Positions 38,436 through 52,032 of a stretch of 64,000 nt of DNA are shown piece by piece. The notes below the pieces were generated by a model that was not told the DNA's origin, searched no databases, and saw nothing but the letters and a program-made list of their open reading frames with translations. A program made the translations under genes and the position numbers. The stretch is from Squalus acanthias (taxonomy: Eukaryota). Each line of letters begins with the position of its first letter. Positions within the stretch are counted from its first letter, which is position 1. Location: positions 70,310,001 through 70,374,000 of the forward strand of contig CM059438.1 of assembly GCA_030390025.1 (NCBI GenBank), written 5' to 3'.

Positions 38436-39039
38436 TGGGAAATTCAGCTTTAGCGCTCCAAGAGGGAAGTGGAGTGCTAAATCAAGCGCTAACCAGTTCT
38501 CCTAGGGCGCTAAAGTCTGGGAGCGGGGCGGTAGCAGCAGAGCGCTGAACAATTTGGAGGTATCAGAGGCTGCATCCCTCGCTTAAAGGGAAGGGCCAGT
38601 GATGCTTCACAACCCACTTTTCAGCAGGTCTGCATTGCAAGGCGACCTACGTGACTGCCATTACAGCCCCAAACACTCTACAAAGTGGAGGGCTTGGACA
38701 TCTTGTAGCAATGAAGCGACCAAAAACTTTCAAAAGGAACCAGACTGATGGAAATATTAAAGGTTGGCCTACCTGAAAACCCTTCCCTTTAAATAGCGCT
38801 CCCCAAGTGGCCAGCCGAGTTGACAACGCTTCCTCTTCCTGCCGTTGTTCACGGCCGGCGATACAGCAGGGGGCGGAAGCCAATTTCACATCCTGGGCGG
38901 TAACGGAGCGCTGCGCACTTGATGACGTCATGATCTGCGAGGCGCTCGAGGCCCAGGAGAAGTGGTTAGCGCTTGATTTCGCGCTCCACTTCCCTTTTGG
39001 AGCGCTAAAGCTGAATTTCCCATCAGGAGAGAATCATTA

Positions 39040-39718
39040 ATACAATAGCAAAATACTGTGGATGCTGGAAATCCGAAATAACAACAGAAAACGCTGGAAA
39101 AACTCAGCAGGCCAGGCAGCATCCATGGAGAGAGAAACAGAGTTAACGTTTCAGGTCGAAGACCTTTCGTCAGAACTGGAAAAAAGCAGACCTCACTCAG
39201 ACCTCACCGTCCTCGGCCTCTTGCATTGTTCCACGGAAGCTCAGCTTTCGATTAGGCATTCTACAGCCCTCTGGACTCAACATAGAGTTCAACAATTTCA
39301 GATCATAACCTCGGCCCCTATCACATATATATATATATTTTTTTTTATCCGCACTTTGTTTGGCCTTTTTTTCTTCCCTCCCACATGGCAGCTGTCCTTC
39401 ATTCTGCCAGCGCAATTCACACTTCATCTAGAGCCATCCTTTGTTCCTTAACCTGTCACATTACCACCTCCTCTTGCCTTGAATATCTCTTAATGTCTCT
39501 TCATCTCTCCTGCTTTCTATCCTATCACTGACCTTCCCTTTTGTTCTTTCATCCCCTCCCCCATTTCCCAGCCCCTAAACCTGCTTTAAAATCTATTCCA
39601 TTTCCTGCTTTTTTCCAGTTCTGACGAAAAGTCTTCGACCTGAAACGTTAACTCTGTTTCTCTCTCCACGGATGCTGCCTGGCCTGCTGAGTTTTTCCAG
39701 CGTTTTCTGTTGTTAATT
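39040..39718. mobile_element. Truncated Penelope-like element with inverted pLTRs
   Basis: 15-bp TSD aggagagaatcatta (39025-39039, 39719-39733), GIY-YIG C-terminal remnant (..LQPSGLNIEFNNF), and hammerhead motifs at 39141-39177 (-) and 39617-39653 (+). Confidence 0.85.
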
Positions 39719-41909
39719 AGGAGAGAATCATTAGCGGCTGGCGCTACTTTTCATACTTCTCAAAAGTTAGCACCCCAACCAGGGCGCTAAACCGGAAATG
39801 AATTTCGCGGGCATTGCTGCATTCGCTGCGCCCAGTCGCTAACCCGTTAGCGCCCCCCCCCCCCCCCCCCCAGGCGCTAACCAGCCGAATTTCTCCCCCA
39901 AAATATTTAAAACAGAAGACTTACTTTTTTTTCCCTTCAGCTAACTGAACACACACGTTAAAAATGTTGGAAATAAGAGTCCTAGCATAATACACACAAA
40001 TCTTGCATATTTCACAATAACATGAATCACTTTTTGCATTTGTGTACCTTAATATTTTTAGTCAGAGGCCCTAGCCACTTTGAAAGGCTTGCAGTTGGAG
40101 TTCATATTGTTGCAAGAGCTATCGCTCTGTCAGCTAAAGATGGGTGAGAACGACACCTGTTTGTGCAATTCCCAGGATATTGCAGTCTGGGCATTTGTTG
40201 AGTGGAAGCACTCCCAGCATGCATCACTATGATTCAGTGCAACTAGAAGAATGTCACCATTGACTAGATCAATACTTGAGGTTATTAAATTATTTGATTA
40301 TCTGCAGGATGAATTTTAGGATATTTATGAGGTAAAATTCAACGTGAAAACTATTTTCAAGTGCTTACTCTACCAGAGAGAATAAGCTGGCTGTGAGACA
40401 GAGAGAGAGAGGGAAATAATGGAAATTGATTATAGTTATCTGCCTTTTTTGTTTACATTGAACATTTGAAATGATCATTATTAAGATTTATTAATGCAGC
40501 AATGCAATCTATGTATTAAACTGCAATTGCTAAGAAGGAAAACTAGTTATTGATTTTGAAGTACCAATCATAGATACTTGCTTTACTATCGCTGGGCAAA
40601 ACTCTGACAAACTTCTTTCCAAATTCTTCGACTGGAAATATTCCCTTCTTCTCCATTTACACACCCCAGCCCAGCACACCTTCCTCACTGGGAGATTGGC
40701 TCAGACATCAGAGGGGAGAAATTGAGATGGCACCCTTCGACGAATTGTTAATGACCAAACCTATTAGGATATTATGCTTTCATGAAAGCTTTATCTTAGT
40801 TCATTGTAAAAACTAATGGATTGCCTGTGGCATAGCCCACAGAAAGTCAGTGCAAAGTGAATCTCCTTCATTGCATTAAGGATGCTTTAGGTATAAGTAG
40901 GGAAATCTGCAGTTTCCTGAGCTTACAAAATTCCATTTTGTGGTAATATTGTACAGCTGCAAGTGTGAGGGGAGGTGGCAGGAACAGCCTGCAGAATCAA
41001 TTTCTAAAGAGAAAAATGTGATAGGCTGCCAAGAACAGTCAGGAAAGCTTAAAACAAGAAAAACATTAAAAAAATGTACCTGAAGGGTGTTGGAAGCCCT
41101 GGAGAGTGGGAACCGGGTCCTATGGGGTAGGAGGAGGGGTGGCAGAAACAGCCTGTAGAATCTCTCTCAGAGAAAAAAAATAATTCAACAAAGTTTTGTG
41201 AATCATTCACTTAAGGATAGAAAGGGAAAACTGAAGCAAGGGAAGAAGAAAATGGTGAGTAGTGGCCTGACCCAATTTCAGGTCGATCATTTATCAGACA
41301 TCCTTGGGGCACAGGTTGTTGTTTCCCGCCTTATTGAGCCAATTGTACATCCATAAAACAGGCACAATGAGTCCCAATCTCTATCTTAATGTATCTATCT
41401 GACGTTGACAACTCAGCCTTTAACTGACTTTTATACACTCACGCAATCTTGTCTATCCTACATTATAATCCCATTTCATACAAACGCTTTTGGAGTTGAG
41501 GATAATAACTAACTGCCTCTTAGATCAATTTTGTGGATTCTCTTCATAATTTTGAATACTTCAATTAGATTACATCCAAGTCGCCATTTTACCAAATAAA
41601 ACAAGGTCAACTTCCTTAACATTTGCTCCCAACTTAAGCTCCTGATACCTGGACTCACCTATGTTGCAGTTTATGGGGTAGGAATTAAATGGGTTTGTAT
41701 TATTGTTGTAATAAGTATTACTCAGCCCCCTGCACAGAATTGTATTCCCTCAACCCCTCTTGCCCCCCCCCCCCCCCCGCACTCCCCATCCAAATACTGT
41801 CTGCAGTTCTAGTCACCTAATCATAGGAAGAATATTATTGCCTGATAGGTGGCAATAACAAGCAGCAAAGATGATTCCGCCGAACAGGAATTTAAGTTAT
41901 GAGGAGCAT

Positions 41910-42900
41910 TTAACAACAACAACAACAACTTGCATTTATATAACGCCTTTAACATAGTTAAACATCCCAAGGCGATTCACAGGAGCGATTATCAAACAAA
42001 ATTTGATACTGTGCCACATGAGCAGGTATTAGGACAGGTGATCAAAAGTTTGGTCAAAAGAGGTCGGTTTTAAGGAGCGTCTTAACGGAGGAGAGCGAGG
42101 CGGAGAGGTTTAGGGAGAGAATTCCAGAGCTTAGGGCCAAGACAGCCGAAGGCACTGCCACCAATGGTGTAGCCATTAAACTCGGGGATGCACAAGAGGC
42201 CAGAATTGGAGTAGTGCAGAGATCTCAGAGGGATGTAGGGCTGAAGGAGGATACAGAGATAGGATGGGGCAAGGCCATGGAGGGATTTGATAAGAAGGAT
42301 GAGAATTTTTAAACTGAGGTGTTGCTGGGCCGGGAGCCAATGTAGGGCAGCGAGTACAGAGGTGATGGGTGAACGGGACTTGGTGCGAGTTAGGATATGA
42401 GCAGCAGAGTTTTGGATGAGCCCAAGTTTACAGAGGGTGGGAGGCCTGCCAGGAGAGCATTGAAATAGTCGCATCTAGAGGTAACAAAGGCATGGAAGAG
42501 GGTTTCAGCTGTAGATGAGCTGAGGCAGTGTGGAGACGAGCAATGTTACGGAGGTGGAAGTAGGCGGTCTTGGTGATGGAGCGGATCTGTGGTCGGAAGC
42601 TCATCTTGGGGTCAAATATGACACCAAGATTGCGAATGGTCTGGTTCAGTCTCAGACAGTGGCCAGGGAGTGGGATGGAGTCTGGGGCTCGGGAACGGAA
42701 TTTCAGTCTTCCCAATATTTAGTTGGAAGAAATTTCTGCTTATCCACTACTGTATGTTGGACAAGCAGCGTGATAAATCAGAGGTAGTGGAGGGATCGAG
42801 AGAGGTGGTGGTGAGGCAGAGCTGCATGTCGTCAGCGTACATGTGGTACCTGATGTTGTGTTTTCGGATGATGTTGCCTAGCGGCAGCATGTACATAAAA
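41910..42900 (-). mobile_element. L2 LINE 3' fragment
   Basis: RT C-terminus (YADD remnant, QNSAAHILTR..SPIT.VL..LHWLP) and a (ttg)n tail. Confidence 0.88.
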
Positions 42901-43099
42901 AATACATAGGGAAGTTGGGCTTATTTTCTTCAGAAGAGAAGAGACTTTGATGTGACCTGATTGAAGTTTTCAAGATGATGAAGGGAATTGACAAAATTAA
43001 TCCAAGCAAATTGTTATTATAGAAAAGGGTTCAAATATCAGAAAACTCAACTAAAAAATTAAGAACTTATTAATAAGGGAAGTCAGGTACAATGTTTTT

Positions 43100-43857
43100 C
43101 ATTTTGCGGTAAAAGTAATGGTGAGGCTATCAGCGCTCACCATTATTCGAGAGTAAATCGGACAACACCTTCCAGCGACCGCACATATGCAGTTAAACGC
43201 GGAAGACAGGAAGTTGCTGTCCGAGTTGCCCTACTTCTCCAGAAACTGCGCAAAGACTCGGCATTCAAATACATGGAACGGCGTGAAGTTGCTGTACTTG
43301 CGTGATAGATACACACTGAACTCGCCAGAAAAAGTTAGATCTTGTGTATTACAGTGTAAGTATATTTTTAATGGTGTGCTAAGTCTTAATTACTGCCAAG
43401 CAACCTCTCTGCACTGAAAATTTACTTTTACAAGTGTGGAGTCTCATTCCTTCAGATTTGAATTGTTGTTGGAGATTTAAAAAACAAAAACAAAAATTAT
43501 TTTTTACTTTTTCTGTCTCTTTTATCTCTCTCTCTCTCTTAATCCCATCTTTCTTCCCCTCTCTATTTCGCTTTCCATACATGATTTGTCATTTAATTAA
43601 TTATTCTAACTGACACTTCCTGATTCAGACTCTGCGTGCCTCATTAACCATTCTTCAATCTGATTGGTTAAGGAGATACACAGCTGCTTGCCATGTTCAC
43701 ACAGCTCCCAGATCCCCTTTAGAGGGCGCCACGCTGAAATGGCTTTCTAATCACAGCAAGTTCCTGTGCAAAACCCCATAGCAAATCTGTGGACAAGTGT
43801 AAGTGTATTGAACGGTTGATGCCGTTCGTTCACTGCTGACCACAAAGTCCGGCCTAT
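43100..43857 (+). mobile_element. Non-autonomous DNA-transposon-like repeat, related in opposite orientation to 60225-60860
   Basis: Shared blocks such as gtggagtctcattcc and caatctgattggtt appear reverse-complemented at about 60310-60500. Confidence 0.55.
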
Positions 43858-44925
43858 TAGGTCTGTGGAATAGGTTAAAAGGGAAGGACATTGAACCAGC
43901 TGGTACAAATGAATTCAGGAGGCAAATTGATGTGTTTGGAGAGAGAAGGAATGGAAGAACTTGGTGAGGTGAAAGAGTGATGGGTTGGTCTATTAAAAAA
44001 GTACAGGTTTGTTGATTTTTCCTGTTTCTAAATAACATTAAGTCATTAGCAACCACCCAACAAACAGGAATAAACTATGGATGAGCTGTGTGATCAGATA
44101 TCAATTCAACTTCAGTAAGAGAAGTGGCCCAGATCTGATAGCTAAATGTGAAGATACCACTTGATGCCTAAATGACTCATGTCGAGACTGGCTGGAGCCT
44201 TGTTCTTGTGGTGACAATGTGAATAAAACTGGAGAGTGTTTTAAGAATGTTAGCTCTAAATGCATTATCATTGAGGTAATGGAACTTTGCTAATTGCCTG
44301 ATTTCTGATCCCCTAATAGTAACTTTAATAGTCCGTTTTGGATCAGAATATCAAGGTCAGAACATAGTCATATTTGGTCAATTAAAAAGTTACCATTGAT
44401 TTCCATTATTTTCAAGAAAAGGTTAATATTTCTGATGAGACTTAGATCAGGCTTTAATTCTTTTCAAGTGATGGGAATAAGGCTCTACAATGGGGATCAC
44501 TTAATATGGTTTAAATAGAATATTCAAAGACAAGTCACTAAAGTGATTTATCATCTCAGAAAAAGGGCTGTTCACCACTCACACCTCCAGCACCCGTGAG
44601 CTATTTGGTTTCTCTAATTTGTGGGAAAATTCTGTATTGAGTGGTATCCCATCAAGCATTCGTTATGAAAATGAAGTGAAACTCATGACCGAGGAGCTCA
44701 CACTAGTGTTATTCTGGTACTGTAGACCATTGCGACCTTAAGGTCAGTTATAGCGATGGCGCTGTAAACAGAGTGTTGGCATTAGCTGCCATTCTATCCG
44801 GTTTTGTTTGTTCCCACGCCTCACTTATATTTATGGTGCAGACAATGTGGAAAGAATCGAATGTCCTGAAATTAGCTCGAGCTCTGATGGATATTCAGAA
44901 GATCAATCTGCGAGTTACACTGCAT

Positions 44926-45110
44926 GGAGGTAATTTTGATTTTGGGCAATAGTGTAAAACGGATGATATTGATTCAGCCGCCCATTAAACTTCTCTCCTG
45001 ATTTTTATTTCCATTGACTTATGGAAATGAAAATCGGGGGAGATGTATAACGGGCAGCTGAATCAATATTGCCCTTTATGCACTATCGCCCAAAATCAAA
45101 ATTACTCCCC
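44926..45110. mobile_element. Palindromic MITE or hairpin
   Basis: gtaattttgattttgggcaatagtg / cactatcgcccaaaatcaaaattac arms pair along nearly the whole length. Confidence 0.8.
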
Positions 45111-46147
45111 TTTAGTCTAATCTCTAGTAATGCTGTGTAAAAAAAAAAAGTTGTCTTTGTATATGACCAGTGTAATCTCAGTTCTTAAATGTGTAACTGT
45201 AGTTGTTTGAACAGTTCAGTGATGTTCAAGCCTTATTTTGTTGCAACCATATGCACAATGTGAATTGGATAGCTTGACACAGGACTATGCTTTTATCTTG
45301 ATATTTAGTGCTAGAGACTACAATGTATTTTGAAAGATGGTGAATGTCACACTATCAGACCATTGCGTTCAGGCTCAAACTAATAGTCAAATGTGTTTAC
45401 AAGTAAGTCAGTTACACTGAAGCTGAAACACAGAACAAGAAACTCCAAGTGCAATGCAATACTTTCCATATAAACTATATCACGAGAAGGAAAAAAGTGC
45501 TGAATCTTTTGTGGCCTATTCCAATAACGTTTGAACTGAGCGCCTGATGAAATATCATTTGGACAGTTGGCACCTTGGAGCCCCTTTCAACACCTCAGCA
45601 GGAAAAAGATCAGTCAAAACAAGAAACTGGGGAGAAAGTGAAAGAAAAATAATTCTCTTACAGTTTTTCTGGGCCTGAAAAGGACATATTTCCTCTGAAG
45701 ATCAAAGAGGTTCTTAATAATCCAGCAATTAGAATATTAATTATTTCTATCCCTCAAGTAGATAGTGTGTGAACAGCAGTTCTTGCTAGTTGGTGAGTCA
45801 TTTACTCATAGCACGTGGCCACAACAGAAGTCATTTTAAATATCAAACATGAATCAACAAGCTTGCATGTTTTAAAGACCAGCCAAACAAACTTAACCTC
45901 ATTATGGAATCATAGAATTTTACAGCACAGAAGGAGTCCATTTGGCCCATGTGTGGTGGCTATCTGAAAGAGCAATCCAATTAGTCCCCTTCTCTACCCT
46001 GTCCACATCTATATGTTATTAAAAGTCTTATGTTTGCGTGCACTTCCTGTATAAAAAAATTAACTCCTGCTATAATTCTTTTCATCACACTATTTTGTCA
46101 ACTTTTCAATTAGAAATTCCTATGTTCCTTTTGAAAAGCTAAGATGG

Positions 46148-49100
46148 AGGCTGGAATTTTCCCCTCAAAAAAATTGGGTGGGTTTGGAGCGTGGGGGGCA
46201 GTTAAAGTGTTAAACATGGGATTCCCGACCTGATCCCACCTCCAACCCGCCCACATCCGGTTTTGCTGGAGGCGGGACAGGGGGAGGGCAACCAACCCGC
46301 TCCCAGGGGGCGTTACCTGAATTTAAATATTGTAATGAGGCTGGAAGCCTCTTTATCCCCTCCATTTTGTGTTTAGCTGCCTGTGGACAGGTTTCATACA
46401 ATTCGTGAAACCCGGCAATTAAACAGAGGCAGGGACTGCTGCATCCAGAAGGCAAGTGGTTTTGGGGGAATAATTGTGTATAGCCCATTTTGGGGCGCTA
46501 ACCTCGCCGGGCCTGCTAATTTTAGCTCCCCGCAAAAGTTAGCGCCCCTACCCCGTAAGTTCAGTAGTAACACTACCTCCTTCTTGGGGCTCTACTACTC
46601 CGTGTCACGGCGCTACGTGCCGCCGCGTCATTGCAGGCCTCCTTCCCTGATTAAAGGGGAGAGGCCTAGCGCTGCGTGCACCGGGGCCCTGCCGGACCAA
46701 CGGGGAGCGGGGTGCCATGGGAACAGCCCGGCACTCGAGGCATGCCGGGCTGAATGATCGCAGCCGGCACCCCACATACAAATGTGAAAGGGGGCAGGTG
46801 CTGGCAGTCCACCAAAATAAAAATGGCCGCCCGCCACCTGCCCTTTAAATTGCGCCCCTGCCTGCTACCACCGCTGCAAATCCGCCCCCTGATCCTGTCG
46901 CACATATCGCCCGGCAATAGGTCAGGGGGCGCAAGGGAAGTTTGCGGCCGGGGCGCAAACGCAGCGCTGCGCACAGCGATAACATCGTCATCGCCGGTGC
47001 AGCGGGAGGCGTTATCGGTGCCGCGCCCGGGCGCTAGGGCATTTGCGCCCCGTTAGCGCCCCCCGGGAATTCTAACCCTACCTCCTGGATCCAGGGTCCC
47101 TACATAAGAACATAAGAAATAGGAGCAGGAGTAGTCCATTCGGCCCTTCGAGTCTGCTCCGCCATTCAATGAGATCATGGCTGATCTTCTGCCTCAATTC
47201 CATTCACCGGCCTTATCGCCATATCCCTTGATGCCCTTACTAGTCAGAAATCTATCGACTTCTGTTTTGAATATACCCAGTGACTGATCCTCCACAGCCC
47301 TCTGGGGTAGAGAATTTCTTCTCATCTCAGTCCTGAATGGCCTACCCTTTATCCTGAGGCTGTGGCCCCTGGTTCTAGCCTCCCCAGCCAAGGGAAACAT
47401 TCTCCCAGCATCCATCCTGTCAAGCCCTGTAATAATTTTGTATGCTTCAATGAGATCCCCTCTCATTCTTCTCAATTCAAGAGAATACAGTCGTAGTTTA
47501 CTCAATCTCTTCTCATACGACAGTCCCGCCATCCCAGGAATCAATCTCGTGAACCTTCGTTGCACTCCCTCTATGGCAAGTATATCCTTCCTTTGGTAAG
47601 GAGACCAAAATTGTACACAGTACTCCAGGTGTGGTCTCACCAAGGCCCTATATAATTGGAGTAAGACTTCTTTACTCTTGTACTCAAATCCTCTTGTAAT
47701 GAAGGCCAGCATGCCATTTGCCTTCCTAATGGCTTGCTGCACCTGCACATTCACTTTCAGTGACTCATGTACAAGGACACCCTTTGAGCATCTGCATTCC
47801 CCAATCTTTCACCATTTAGGAAATACTCTGCCTTTTTGTTTTTTCTACCAAAGTGGATAACTTCACATTTATCCACATTATAATCTGTCTGCCATGTTCT
47901 CACCCACTCACTGAGCCTGTCGAGATCCCCTTGAAGCCTCTTCACGTCCTCTTCGCAACTGACACTGCCACCTAGCTTTGTGTCATCAGCAAATTTGGAA
48001 ATGTTACATTTAGTCCCCTCTTCCAAATCATTGATCTAGATTGTGAATAGCTGGGGCCCAAGCACCAATCCTTGCGGTACTCCACTAGTCACAGCCTGCC
48101 ATCCTGAAAAAGACCCGTTTATCCCTACTCTTTGTTTTCTGTCTGTTAACCAATTCTCAATCCATGCTAGTATATTACCCCCAATTCCATGTGCCCTAAT
48201 TTTGTTCACCAACCTCTTGTGTGGGACCTTATCGAAGGCCTTCTGAAAATCCAAATACACCACATCTACTGGTTCCCCTTTGTCTACTCCACTAGTTACA
48301 TCCTCAAAGAACTCCAATAGGTTTGTCAAACAGGACTTCCCTTTCATAAATCCATGTTGACTCTGCCCAATCTTACTATTAGTTTCTAAGTGCCCAGTTA
48401 TTGCATCCTTTATAATAGATTCCAGCATTTTCCCAACTACTGATGTGAGGCTAACAGGACTGTAGTTCCCCATTTTCTCTCTCCCCCCTTTCTTAAATAG
48501 CTGGGTTACATTTGCTATCCTCCAATCTGCAGGAACCGTTCCAGAATCTATAGAATTTTGGAAGATGACAACCATAACCCACCCCCACCCTCCCGCAATC
48601 AGCGTACCCCCCAAGAGGCCTCCGATCCCTGACCCCCGGCCGATCCTCTCCCCCCTCCCGATCCCCGACCCCTGCCGATCCTCTCCACAACCCCTCCCCC
48701 CCCCCGCCCCACCACTGATCCCCGACCCCGGCCGATTGCCAAACCCCCCTCCTGCGACCCCTCCCCCTGAACCAGCCCCCCGCTTCTGAGGCCTACCCAC
48801 CCGCAGCCAGCCAGCCTCTCAATCTGAAAACCTCCCGGGGGAGTCCAGAACCAGGGGTCACAGTCTAAGGATAAGGGGTAAGCCATTTAGGACTGAGATG
48901 AAGAGGAATTTCTTCACCCAGAGAGTGGTGAACCTGTGGAATTCTCTACCACAGAAGGCAGTTGAGGCCAATTCATTAAATATATTCAAGAAGGAGTTAG
49001 ATATATTTCTTAAGGCTAAAGGGATCAAGGGATATGGGGAGAAAGCAGGGACAGGGTACTGAATTTGGATGATCAGCCATGATCTCATTAAATGGCGGAG

Positions 49101-49214
49101 CAGGCTCGAGGGGCCGAATGGCCTACTCCTGCTCCTATCTTCTATGTTTCTATGTTTCCCGCCCGCCTCGGAGGCCCCCCGCCCCAAACCCGCCTCCCTT
49201 GAGAAAATTCCAGC
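46148..49214. mobile_element. Nested cluster: GC-rich MITE shell containing a second MITE and two CR1 pieces
   Basis: Outer ends gctggaatttt / aaaattccagc, inner GC-rich element about 46480-47078, CR1 (-) 47102-48568, C-rich tract, CR1 (+) 48834-49154. Confidence 0.6.
47102..48568 (-). mobile_element. 5'-truncated CR1 LINE (RT domain plus 3'UTR)
   Basis: [33 protein letters not shown] motifs; ttcttatg tail. Confidence 0.93.
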
Positions 49215-49289
49215 TGGAAAGTGTGAGCATAGCTGGCAGACGTAATGCAACAAAGAGGCAGAAAAACATTGAATACTAGAAAGTAAGTC

Positions 49290-50873
49290 AGAGCATGTGG
49301 AGTCAGGGGTCTAGTAGCAGAATGGATAGCAAGCTCACTACAAAACAGAGAGTAGGGGTTAAAGGTAGTTCCTCAGACTGGCAGAAGGTGGGAAGTGGTG
49401 TTCCTCAGGGATCAGTGCTGGGACCACTGCTGTTCACCAGTTACATAAATGATTTGGACTCGAGAATCGGAAGTACAATATCAAAATTTCCAGATGACAC
49501 CAAATTGAAGGGTATAGTTAATACTGAGGAAGGTTACGACAAAATACAATAAGACCGTAACAAACTTGTAGAATGGGCATGTAAATGGCAAGTTAATTTC
49601 AATATAGATAAGTGTGAGGTGGTGCATTTTTGTAGGAAGAATAAGGAGGCCAACTACTCCTTAGAAAATAAGAGTATAAATGGGGTAGAGGGGCAAAGTG
49701 ATCAAGAAATACAGATTCACAGATCAATAAAAGTAGCAACAACAACTTGTATTTATATAGCACCTTTAACATAGTAAAACGTCCCAAGGCGCTGCACAGG
49801 AGTATTATAAGACAAAAAATTTGACACCGAGCCCATAAGGAGAAATTAGGCTTGGTCAAAGAGGTAGGTGTTATGGAGCGTCTTAAAGCTGGAAAGAGAG
49901 GTAGCGAGGCAGAGAGGTTCAGGCAGGGAATTCCAGAGCTTAGGGCCGAGGCAACAGAAGGCTCGGCCACCAAAGGTTGAGCAATTATAATCAGGGATGA
50001 TCAAGAAGGGTTGTGGGGCTGAAGGAGGTTACAGAGATAGAAAGGGGTGAGGCCATGGAGGGATTTGAAAACAAGGATGAGAATTTTGAAATCGAGGCGT
50101 TGCTTAACCGGGAGCCAATGTAGGTCAGCGAGCACAGGGGAGATGGGCGAACGGGACTTGGTGCGAATTAGGACACGGGCAGCCGAGTTTTGGAACGAAG
50201 GTTAACAAAGCCATAAAAAGTGCGAACAAAGCACTGGGGTTCATTTATAGAAGGATAGAATTCAAAAGCAGGGAAGTTATGTTAAACTTATATCGAACCT
50301 TGGTTAGACCGCACTTCAGAGTACTGTGCACAGTTCTGGTCTCCATACTGCAAAAAGGATATAGAAGCACTGGAGAAAATTCAGTAAAGATTTACAAGGA
50401 TGATACCAGAACTGAGAGGGTATAACTAGCAGGAAAGATTGAACAGGCTGGTGCTCTTTACTCTAGAAAAGAGAAGATGGAGAGGTGACCTAATAGAGGT
50501 CTTTAAAATTATGAAGGGGTTCGATAGGGTAAACTTAGAGAAGTTGTTTCCCTTGTAGGGGAGTCCAAAGCTAGAGGCCGTAAATATAAGATAGTCACTA
50601 ATAAATCCAATAAGGAATTCAGCAGAAACTTCTTTACTCAGAGACTGGTTAGAATGTAGAACTCGCTACCACGTAGAATGGTTGAGGCGAATAGCATAGA
50701 TGCATTTAAGAGGAAGCTAGATAAGTACATGAGGGAGAAAGGAATAGAAGGATATGTTGATAGGGTGAGATGAAGTAAGGTGGGAGGAGGCTCGTGTGGA
50801 GCATAAACACCGGTACAGACCTGTTGAGCCCAACGGCCTGTTTCTCTGCTGTAAAATTCTACATAATTCTATG
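49290..50873 (+). mobile_element. Degraded CR1 RT and 3'UTR interrupted by an L2 3' fragment (49735-50192, - strand)
   Basis: [13 protein letters not shown] motif; L2 tail caacaacttgtatttatatagc as at 41925. Confidence 0.82.
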
Positions 50874-51439
50874 TCGAAAAGCAGAAAGTCGAAGGACTGG
50901 AAAGTAAAAGACTATGTTAAATATCTGAGAAAAGGAAATAAAGAAACTGAGGAAGATACTGAGAAATGTTGAGTACAGGAGAGAGAGGGAGCCTTTCATG
51001 TGACGGAGAGGTTGAGAAGCTGCACTGTGTTGGTAGTGTCACAGGAGAGAGAAAAACCTAGAGACTGAGACCAATGAAGCCAGTTTGAATAGTCCCGCTA
51101 TAAGTCTTCCAAGTCTAAACAACCGGGACTGGTCCCCACATCATTAAACAGTAGAGACAGTCTGTGCTACTTGAAACTTGCAGGGGTGGGTGGATTAGCC
51201 AGAACTGGAGCTGTGGTATCATGGCGAAGGTTACTGAGCTATGTAAAACTTCATTAAGGAAATTACAATTGTGTACGCTATGCTATAATAGAAAACCAGA
51301 CTGTAGACTTGATTTATTGCTGTTGTGTGCAGCAAGGTGCTTTGGACCCACTTGTAATAAAATAATAATAAATTATAATAAATCACACCCACGATCTATT
51401 CTACATTCTAAAACTATGTTTTTTTTAATCCATCCTGTC

Positions 51440-52032
51440 CTGCGCAAACGTTCAGCCTTTCCGCTCCATTCCGGCTGGAATCCCGCTGGCCACCACCTTA
51501 ACTGCTCACTGGAAGCAGGCAGGAGCCTCGTAAACATATGCAAATCGGTGACCCATTACCTCAATGGGATCCAAATTGCATTTTAACCTGGACCTGAGCG
51601 GGGTGGGGGGGAAGCCAGTGCAGTTTGCCCATCAGATCAAGGTAGGTCGGCAGCTGTCGGGAGGACGACAAGGCCTCCGAGGTAAGTGGACATCTTTCCT
51701 CTGCGATGCCAAGAGGAGCAGGAGTGTTCCTCTGTGCCCCGCAAGGAAAATCGTGGGCTCCCCCTGCCCAGGACTTGCCCCTTTCCCTCCTGCGAGACCC
51801 TCCCGAAACACCTGCCCACGATTTGCACATTTGCAGGCGAGCTTTTCTTTGGTGCTGGCCTCTGGTCACCCGAACTTCCACTCCTAGCCCCCTAGCCAGC
51901 TGCCGCTCTCTGCCCATTTTGGGGTGTGCATTAAAATACCCCCAGCCTCAAACTTAGGCCAGCGAGTGTGCTTTGCCTTCGTCCCGCTCTCCCACCCACC
52001 CAAAGCCGGTTGGGGATTTAAATTGACCCCGA
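51440..52032. mobile_element. GC-rich non-autonomous DNA transposon fragment (Harbinger-like)
   Basis: Ends taaaattgacccc; GC-rich island similar in style to the other MITEs. Confidence 0.45.

Larger units (their letters stand above)
37462..39898. mobile_element. Harbinger-like palindromic MITE containing a solo LTR and a Penelope element
   Basis: Ends ggggctagaaatt / aatttctcccc with 3-bp TSD caa. Long internal inverted arms are restored once both inserts are removed. Confidence 0.75.

Noticed and set aside
46383..47078. CpG island or second promoter
   Set aside because: Bounded by MITE-like inverted ends and similar to the MITE at 37462-39898, so it is more likely transposon sequence.
48036..48800. 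254-aa Gly-rich protein fused to RT
   Set aside because: Chance read-through from a G-rich low-complexity tract into a truncated CR1.
47102..49154. Single twin-primed inverted CR1
   Set aside because: Both pieces have their own 3' tails with different sequences and are separated by MITE sequence, so they are two independent insertions.
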